A stretch of DNA of 64,000 bases, from positions 96,001 to 160,000 of the forward strand of contig JBITAJ010000018.1 of assembly GCA_044440125.1 (NCBI GenBank). Reading direction: 5' to 3'. Each line of letters opens with the position of its first letter. Positions within the stretch are counted from its first letter, which is position 1. The position numbers were made by a program, and so were the translations under genes. The stretch is from Sedimentisphaeraceae bacterium JB056. GTDB lineage: Bacteria; Planctomycetota; Phycisphaerae; Sedimentisphaerales; Sedimentisphaeraceae. Below the pieces are notes generated by a model. That model was not told where the DNA came from. It did not search any database and saw only the letters and a program-made list of their open reading frames with translations. This document shows, in pieces, positions 58,395-64,000 of this stretch.

Positions 58395-59282
58395 GTGAAT
58401 ATAAAAAGGATTGGATTTATTGGAATGGGTATAATGGGTGCCCCGATGGCCATAAATCTTATTAAGGCAGGCTTTCAGCTAACCGTCACTACTCGTACGA
58501 AGTCCAAGGCCTACCCAGTCATTGAGGCGGGTGCGGCATGGGTTGATACTCCTGCCCAGGCTGCAAAATGGGCTGACTTGGTTATATGCTGTGTTACCGA
58601 TACTCCAGATGTTGAAAAAGTGCTTCTGGGCAGCGGCGGCGTGATTGAGCAGGCTCGCGTTGGTCTGATTTGCGTTGACATGTCTACGATTTCACCCTTT
58701 GCTACTGAAAAAATGGCAGGAACCCTTGCAGAGAAGGGTGTTAGTCTTATCGATGCCCCTATAAGCGGAGGGCAGATTGGAGCGGAAAAAGCGAAGCTTT
58801 CTATAATGGCTGGCGGCGAAAAGGCGGTCTTTGATAAGGTTATGCCTGTGTTCGAGGCTATGGGGCGTCAGATAACATACTGCGGCAAAAGCGGCAGCGG
58901 GCAGCGCACAAAGCTCGTTAATCAAGTTATGGTAGTTCATACGCTAATGAGTGCATGTGAAGGGCTGGCGTTTGCTAAAAAGGCCGGTCTTGATCTCCAA
59001 ACTACTCACAACGCCACCAGTAAAGGAGCAGCAGGCAGCCACTCTCTCAATATTCTTGGTCAGAAAATAATTGATGGCGATATGAAACCGTCCTTCATGG
59101 TCGATCTCCAGATGAAGGATCTTCGCCTTGTTCTCGAATACGCAGACAGGATAAACCAGCCTCTGCCAGGAGTGGCTCTTGTCAAGCAGATGATGGCTTC
59201 GCTTCAGGCAAAGGGGAGAGGCCGTGACGGTACGCAGTCGCTTTATGATGTAATAGTTGCTCTTGGCAGTGAGAATGACTAA
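58395..59282 (+). CDS. Beta-hydroxyacid dehydrogenase (GarR/GlxR/MmsB family)
   Basis: Motifs GFIGMGIMGAPMA, DMSTISP, DAPISGG and GSGQRTKLVNQ (catalytic Lys). Confidence 0.9.
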   Translation: MNIKRIGFIGMGIMGAPMAINLIKAGFQLTVTTRTKSKAYPVIEAGAAWVDTPAQAAKWADLVICCVTDTPDVEKVLLGSGGVIEQARVGLICVDMSTISPFATEKMAGTLAEKGVSLIDAPISGGQIGAEKAKLSIMAGGEKAVFDKVMPVFEAMGRQITYCGKSGSGQRTKLVNQVMVVHTLMSACEGLAFAKKAGLDLQTTHNATSKGAAGSHSLNILGQKIIDGDMKPSFMVDLQMKDLRLVLEYADRINQPLPGVALVKQMMASLQAKGRGRDGTQSLYDVIVALGSEND

Positions 59283-59415
59283 GAAAAACATGGATATTTA
59301 GCGTTGTTTTGGTATGATTAAGGCTGATTTTTAGAAAAATGACCGATTAACCGGGAAAAATATAAAATTATTTAAAAACAGCTTGACAAATCCCTGAAAT
59401 AAGTTAATATCGATA

Positions 59416-59541
59416 TGTAATAAATATTCTTTTTTCTTCGAAGTGGTTAAGATGTTGAGACGAATGTTTATATCTTAGTTATTAATAAAATTTTTGAATT
59501 GTCTCAACAAGGCCGGTATCCAAAAGATGCCGGCCTTTTTT
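59416..59541 (+). ncRNA. Candidate small RNA or terminated leader (~125 nt)
   Basis: Promoter TTGACA(59383)-16-TAATAT(59405) and terminator at 59509-59541 with no long ORF between; internal complementary segments. Confidence 0.45.
59509..59541 (+). terminator. Rho-independent terminator upstream of dinG
   Basis: AAGGCCGGTATC-CAAAA-GATGCCGGCCTTTTTT. Confidence 0.85.
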
Positions 59542-59580
59542 CTTGCCTATATTTAAAATTCTGACAGATTCGGCATAAAC

Positions 59581-61581
59581 TTGGACTCACTCGACAACAA
59601 TAAAATAGATATAGAAGCGTTTTTCAGTTCCGGAGGCAAACTTTCTGAGGTTTCGAGCAGGTTTGAGCTTAGGGATGATCAGATCAAGATGGCGATGGCC
59701 GTTTCACGTTCGTTTGAAAAGGGATACCATCTGGCTGTTGAGGCAGGCACTGGAACTGGCAAAAGCTTTGCTTATCTGGTTCCGGCAATTGATTTTGCTG
59801 TGAACAACAATTGCAAGATTGTTATAAGTACCCATACCATTAACCTTCAGGAACAGTTGATCAATAAGGATTTGCCGCTTCTGGCTAAGGCGGTTGATGG
59901 CAGCTTCAAGGCCGTACTTGCTAAAGGTCGCGGCAATTATCTTTGTCAGAGACGTTTGAAATACACCCTTGACAACTCCCGCAGCCTTTTTGAAGAGGCT
60001 GATATTAATCTCAGAGACATACGCACATGGTCGCTTGAGACAAAGGACGGCACACTTTCAAGTATTCCCACAACCCCGCGAGGCGATATCTGGGATACCA
60101 TCAAGAGTGAGCACGGAAATTGCAGCGGTCGAAGATGCCCGTATTATAATCAATGTTTCTATTGGAAGGCTCGCCGCAGCCTGGAAACTGCCGATATAAT
60201 TGTGGCTAATCATGCTCTGCTTTTCAGCGATCTGTCGATGAAGGCGGCGGGGCTTGGCGTTCTGCCGGATTATGATGCGGTTATCATTGATGAGGCACAC
60301 AACATAGAGCATGTAGCAGAAGAGCACTTTGGCATAAATCTTTCAAGTTGGACGATATCATATGTATTGCGAAGCCTCTACAACGATAAGACACACAAAG
60401 GCCTTCTCGCCGGAAAGAATATCGAGGATGTTGTTGAGCTGATGGATCAGGTCAAGGAGCAGTCAAAACTTTTCTTTGAGCAGGTTGGGCAGTGGTATCA
60501 GGACAACTATTCCTCAACTAACGGCAGGTGTTATCCTGGTTTTGTAAATGACAGTCTTTCTGAGTCAATTCGTAAACTGCGTCTGGCCGTAAGCAGGCGT
60601 ATTAAAGATGATGCAGACGATATTGAAGCTGGCGACTATCAGCTTGAGATTCAACGAAATGTCGACAGACTTCATGAGGTAGAGGAGAATATAAAAGCTT
60701 TCGTAAATCAGCCGCAACAGGAGGATAATGAGTATATTTATTGGGTTGAGGTTTCCGGCAGCAATTTCAGCAGGCGATACTATCTAAGAAGTGCACCTAT
60801 AGAGGCAGGCAAAGACATAAAGAATTGCCTCTTCGATCGTTTCAATTCTGTCATTCTTACAAGTGCCACTCTTAGTTGCGGCAGTGATGATCAGGAATTC
60901 AAGTTCTTTGCATCTCGTGTTGGTCTCAGCGATTACAACACGCTTATTCTCGGCTCGCCGTTCGATTATTACAATCAGGTTACTATGTATGTTGAGGCAG
61001 GCCTGCCCGAGCCGAACAGCCCCGATTTTCAGGAGCGTGCGATTGAGGCTATTGAAAAATATCTCATGCAGACAGAAGGCAAGGCATTCGTCCTTTTTAC
61101 CAGCTATACAATGCTTAGGGCATTTGCCGACCAAATGGCTCCATGGCTTGCTGAAAATGGGTTTACGTTGCTTGAGCAGGGCAGCGGTATAAGCCGTTCA
61201 GAGCTTTTGAGCGAGTTTGTGGAGGATACCAACAGTGTGCTTTTCGGCACCGATAGTTTCTGGCAGGGTGTTGATGTGCCGGGAGAGGCGTTGTCTAATG
61301 TGATAATCCTGCGTTTGCCGTTTGCCGTACCCAATCACCCGCTCATTCAAGGCAAGATCGAGAAGATACGAAAAGCCGGCGGTAATCCGTTCGTGCAGTA
61401 TCAATTGCCATCGGCTATCATTAAATTCAAGCAGGGGTTTGGGCGTTTGATAAGGAATCGTCTTGATACAGGCATAGTTGCCGTACTCGACAGCCGAGTA
61501 GTAACAAAATACTACGGCAAAAAATTCATCTCATCAATCCCGCAATGTAGAGTAGAGATCGTACGCCCCGAATTCTATTAG
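59581..61581 (+). CDS. DinG/YoaA family Fe-S ATP-dependent DNA helicase
   Basis: Motifs VEAGTGTGKS, KGRGNYLC, CSGRRCPYYNQC, IIDEAH, LTSATL, FWQGVDVPG and KQGFGRLIR; start codon uncertain. Confidence 0.93.
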   Translation: MDSLDNNKIDIEAFFSSGGKLSEVSSRFELRDDQIKMAMAVSRSFEKGYHLAVEAGTGTGKSFAYLVPAIDFAVNNNCKIVISTHTINLQEQLINKDLPLLAKAVDGSFKAVLAKGRGNYLCQRRLKYTLDNSRSLFEEADINLRDIRTWSLETKDGTLSSIPTTPRGDIWDTIKSEHGNCSGRRCPYYNQCFYWKARRSLETADIIVANHALLFSDLSMKAAGLGVLPDYDAVIIDEAHNIEHVAEEHFGINLSSWTISYVLRSLYNDKTHKGLLAGKNIEDVVELMDQVKEQSKLFFEQVGQWYQDNYSSTNGRCYPGFVNDSLSESIRKLRLAVSRRIKDDADDIEAGDYQLEIQRNVDRLHEVEENIKAFVNQPQQEDNEYIYWVEVSGSNFSRRYYLRSAPIEAGKDIKNCLFDRFNSVILTSATLSCGSDDQEFKFFASRVGLSDYNTLILGSPFDYYNQVTMYVEAGLPEPNSPDFQERAIEAIEKYLMQTEGKAFVLFTSYTMLRAFADQMAPWLAENGFTLLEQGSGISRSELLSEFVEDTNSVLFGTDSFWQGVDVPGEALSNVIILRLPFAVPNHPLIQGKIEKIRKAGGNPFVQYQLPSAIIKFKQGFGRLIRNRLDTGIVAVLDSRVVTKYYGKKFISSIPQCRVEIVRPEFY

Positions 61582-61709
61582 CAGCGTAGCCAGTTTGATC
61601 AGGCTGGTTCTTATGTGAAGGAATTTATGATTAGGTGTTGTATTTATATTTTCTGTTGTTATTATTTTACCATAGTTATTCATTTGTTAATTATGCAAGG
61701 GATTGAATT

Positions 61710-62855
61710 ATGGATGAGCAGGAAAAGACAGCGACAGTTAATCAAGAAGCTAAAGATATGCAGGCTTATGCACCGGAGAAAAGAATAAAGATGAAGCCCT
61801 CAAAGAGGTTGCCCTTATTCAATAAATTGATGCTCATTTTCTTTGTCTTTTTGCTGTTTGGAGCGGGGTTTATTGGTCTGAAATCGCTTGGATTCGTTAT
61901 CGACAAACAATTTGTTGGAAGCTATGATTTAGAGTTTGTTGGCCACGATATTCAGGATTATGCACACAAGCATAACGGCCAATTTCCGCCTGCGGATAGC
62001 TGGAACGACGTACTTCTTGAAGACGAGGATACATCATCTGGTTCGTTTGGGTTTGAGGATTATGCTATTAATCCTGAAGCTGTAAGGCTTGGCCCTGATG
62101 CACCGGATGATATGGTTCTCCTTTTCAGCATAACGCCTGAGGGTGAAAATGTATCGGGCGGATTGGAACTTATGCAGAAAAACAAATGGAGCCGCTCACA
62201 TATTTTGTTCGTGAATTACGACAGAAAATGGGTGCGTAAATCAAAGGCTTCTTATCTGCGGTGGGGTCTTGATAGAAATATTGAACCGAATGAGAGTAAT
62301 ATTGGGCGTTCAAGTACTATATTGAGCATTACATGTCTTGTACCGTTTTTGTTTATTCTTTCAGGGTGTATCCGCTATTTCAGGAAATACGCTTTATCCT
62401 GCCTGCTGATTACCGCAGCTTCAATGGGGCTTGGGGCATATCTTGGATTTGCTGCCGAGGACGCTTTGTACCGGATATATTCATTGGATGATTTTACTAA
62501 TTCCGGCTGGATTATCGGGGCAATTTCAGGAGCTATGGTTGCGGTTTGTTATATGCTTTTGCTTGCAAGAAAGGCGGAAAAATGTCTGCCCGATATCGGC
62601 CTAATTGGCTATGGAACAATGTCGGGAGTGCCGGCGGGTGTTATATGTGCGGCCGTTACGCATGGGTACCTGATGGTTTTTTACGAAGAGTTTAACCTTG
62701 CTTATCTTGGTATAGGTATTGGTTTTGGTGCTGTTGCTGGAATTGTACTCGGATTCTTAGGCAGCTGGCTGGTTACATTATCGTGCAGAAAGAGACTTGC
62801 CGCGGCGCATGCAGTGGACGAGAGTGGTGGGGAGTGTGCAAATGAGAGTTCGTGA
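61710..62855 (+). CDS. Membrane protein with a degenerate DUF1559/H-X9-DG-like domain and about five C-terminal TM helices
   Basis: YAHKHNGQFPPADSWNDVL...DYAINP...PDDMVLLF...GGLELM resembles planctomycete DUF1559-type domains; hydrophobic Gly-rich C-terminus. Confidence 0.55.
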   Translation: MDEQEKTATVNQEAKDMQAYAPEKRIKMKPSKRLPLFNKLMLIFFVFLLFGAGFIGLKSLGFVIDKQFVGSYDLEFVGHDIQDYAHKHNGQFPPADSWNDVLLEDEDTSSGSFGFEDYAINPEAVRLGPDAPDDMVLLFSITPEGENVSGGLELMQKNKWSRSHILFVNYDRKWVRKSKASYLRWGLDRNIEPNESNIGRSSTILSITCLVPFLFILSGCIRYFRKYALSCLLITAASMGLGAYLGFAAEDALYRIYSLDDFTNSGWIIGAISGAMVAVCYMLLLARKAEKCLPDIGLIGYGTMSGVPAGVICAAVTHGYLMVFYEEFNLAYLGIGIGFGAVAGIVLGFLGSWLVTLSCRKRLAAAHAVDESGGECANESS

Positions 62856-64000
62856 CTGGATCAGGTTGCTGCCTGTGTTTGGCAGATGCTTGCTGCGGCT
62901 TCCTGCTTCGCATTTGCTGTATCTTGCAGGGCAGTTCAGGAATGAAAATCCACATCGGCATGGGGGGAAACTTTTTATCAATACTTTTTTCCCGCCGTAT
63001 CCTTCCAAGGCGTTTGATCGTTTTCTCGATGCCGTGATATGCAGAAACCGCATACCGTTCTCGACGTATTTTGCTGTTACGGACGCGTGTCCCTACAACT
63101 GCCGTCATTGCAGCTACGGACGGCATAAAAGCGGCAGACTTTCCACCGAGGATGCGGCCCGGGTCGTCGAGCAAATAAAAAAACTGGGAGCATGCACGAT
63201 AGGTTTTACCGGAGGCGAACCGCTTTTGCGCGATGATATAGCCCGGCTTGTTCGAATTGTCGGCGACGATGCGGCGTCGATAATCTTTACTACCGGGTTT
63301 TCGCTCGATGATGATAAAGCGGCCGAGCTTAAGGATGCCGGTCTCGATTCGCTGATGATCGGGATGGAAGCTGCAGATGCGAAAGGCCATGACACGGTCA
63401 GAGGGGTTGCCGGCTCGTTCGAGAGGGCGATGGAGGCGATCGGGATTTCTCAAAAGGCAGGGCTTTATACGGCGATATCGACCGTGGCGACCAGGGAGAA
63501 GATAAGCAGCGGCGAGATCGGGAAGCTTGCCGGGCTTGCCGAAGAGAACGGGGTGCATGAGTTCCGTATTCTCGAGCCTGTGCCGACCGGCAGCTTTCAT
63601 GATTGTGCCGATGAGATATTAACCGACGAAGAATCAAGGCAGCTCTCGGAACTGCATAAAAACTGGAACCGCAGAAATGGCGATACTGCTATATCAAGCT
63701 TTTCATACCTGGAGTCGGGCGAGATGTTCGGCTGCGGGGCAGGGTTTCATCATTTGTTCATCGATGCGCTGGGGAATGTCTGCCCGTGTGATCTTACGCC
63801 GCTTTCGTTCGGTAATGCTGTCAGCGAGCCGCTGGAAGATATCTGGCGGCAGATGGGGGCGTTTTTCGGTCTGCCGAGAAGTGAGTGTCTTATGAAAGAG
63901 GTATGCGGCAAGAGCAACTGTCTTGCCAATGCAGCAGAGTTTCCGCTTAGTCCGCAAGAAAGCCAGCGTCTGTGCAGCACTTTGGGCAAGCAGGAGCTGC
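62842..64000 (+). CDS. Radical SAM protein with SPASM/twitch-type C-terminus, 3'-truncated (absent from the ORF track because it has no stop in the window)
   Basis: Manual translation from ATG 62842 is open to the end: TDACPYNCRHCSY, FTGGEPLLR, HDTVRG..GSFERA, GCGAGFHHLFIDALGNVCPCD, GN..SEPLEDIW. Confidence 0.9.
   Translation, partial: MRVRDWIRLLPVFGRCLLRLPASHLLYLAGQFRNENPHRHGGKLFINTFFPPYPSKAFDRFLDAVICRNRIPFSTYFAVTDACPYNCRHCSYGRHKSGRLSTEDAARVVEQIKKLGACTIGFTGGEPLLRDDIARLVRIVGDDAASIIFTTGFSLDDDKAAELKDAGLDSLMIGMEAADAKGHDTVRGVAGSFERAMEAIGISQKAGLYTAISTVATREKISSGEIGKLAGLAEENGVHEFRILEPVPTGSFHDCADEILTDEESRQLSELHKNWNRRNGDTAISSFSYLESGEMFGCGAGFHHLFIDALGNVCPCDLTPLSFGNAVSEPLEDIWRQMGAFFGLPRSECLMKEVCGKSNCLANAAEFPLSPQESQRLCSTLGKQEL

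Noticed and set aside
59454..59508. GTTGAGAC/GTCTCAAC as a CRISPR repeat or transposon end
   Set aside because: It is a single inverted pair, with no repeat-spacer array and no cas or transposase gene.
62773..63600. 275-aa minus-strand ORF
   Set aside because: Antisense shadow of the GC-rich radical SAM gene, with no recognisable motifs.

Overview
Bacterial chromosomal window of roughly 40% GC. The host is probably an anaerobic planctomycete (Phycisphaerae/Sedimentisphaerales-like), inferred from a planctomycete-type dockerin, a DUF1559-like domain, class II RNR and Hcp. (1) 1-9.9 kb is the end of a carbohydrate-utilisation locus: an SSS symporter, a GH130 phosphorylase and three related secreted proteins. 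One is a full-length beta-helix + dockerin + FG-GAP-propeller(LamG) protein. The other two are the same helix and propeller as separate genes, each given a signal peptide and a ~84% identical N-terminal module; this is the most striking feature of the window. (2) 10-20.4 kb holds an MpaA-like peptidase and an AT-rich Wsp/ACF-type chemosensory operon with a hybrid-kinase output and a CheB whose receiver is degenerate. (3) 20.6-44.2 kb is housekeeping: scpB, exbD, dapF, tRNA-Gln, tex, ROK kinase, der, pgl, mltA, hpf-PTS, rng, kdsD-kdsC, an 881-aa LptC/LptA-like polyprotein and lpxB. (4) 44.2-53.2 kb holds nrdJ with five NrdR boxes, a macrodomain gene, rrf2-hcp and dtxR-feoB, the last two with visible operators. 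(5) 53.2-64 kb holds gldA interrupted by one in-frame TAG, a Cys-tailed lipoprotein, two URO-D/MtaA-family genes divergent from araC and a beta-hydroxyacid dehydrogenase, a candidate sRNA/leader, a DinG helicase, a membrane protein and a GC-rich radical SAM gene running off the end. No CRISPR array, transposase or prophage was seen. All calls come from motif reading by eye; no database searches were run.
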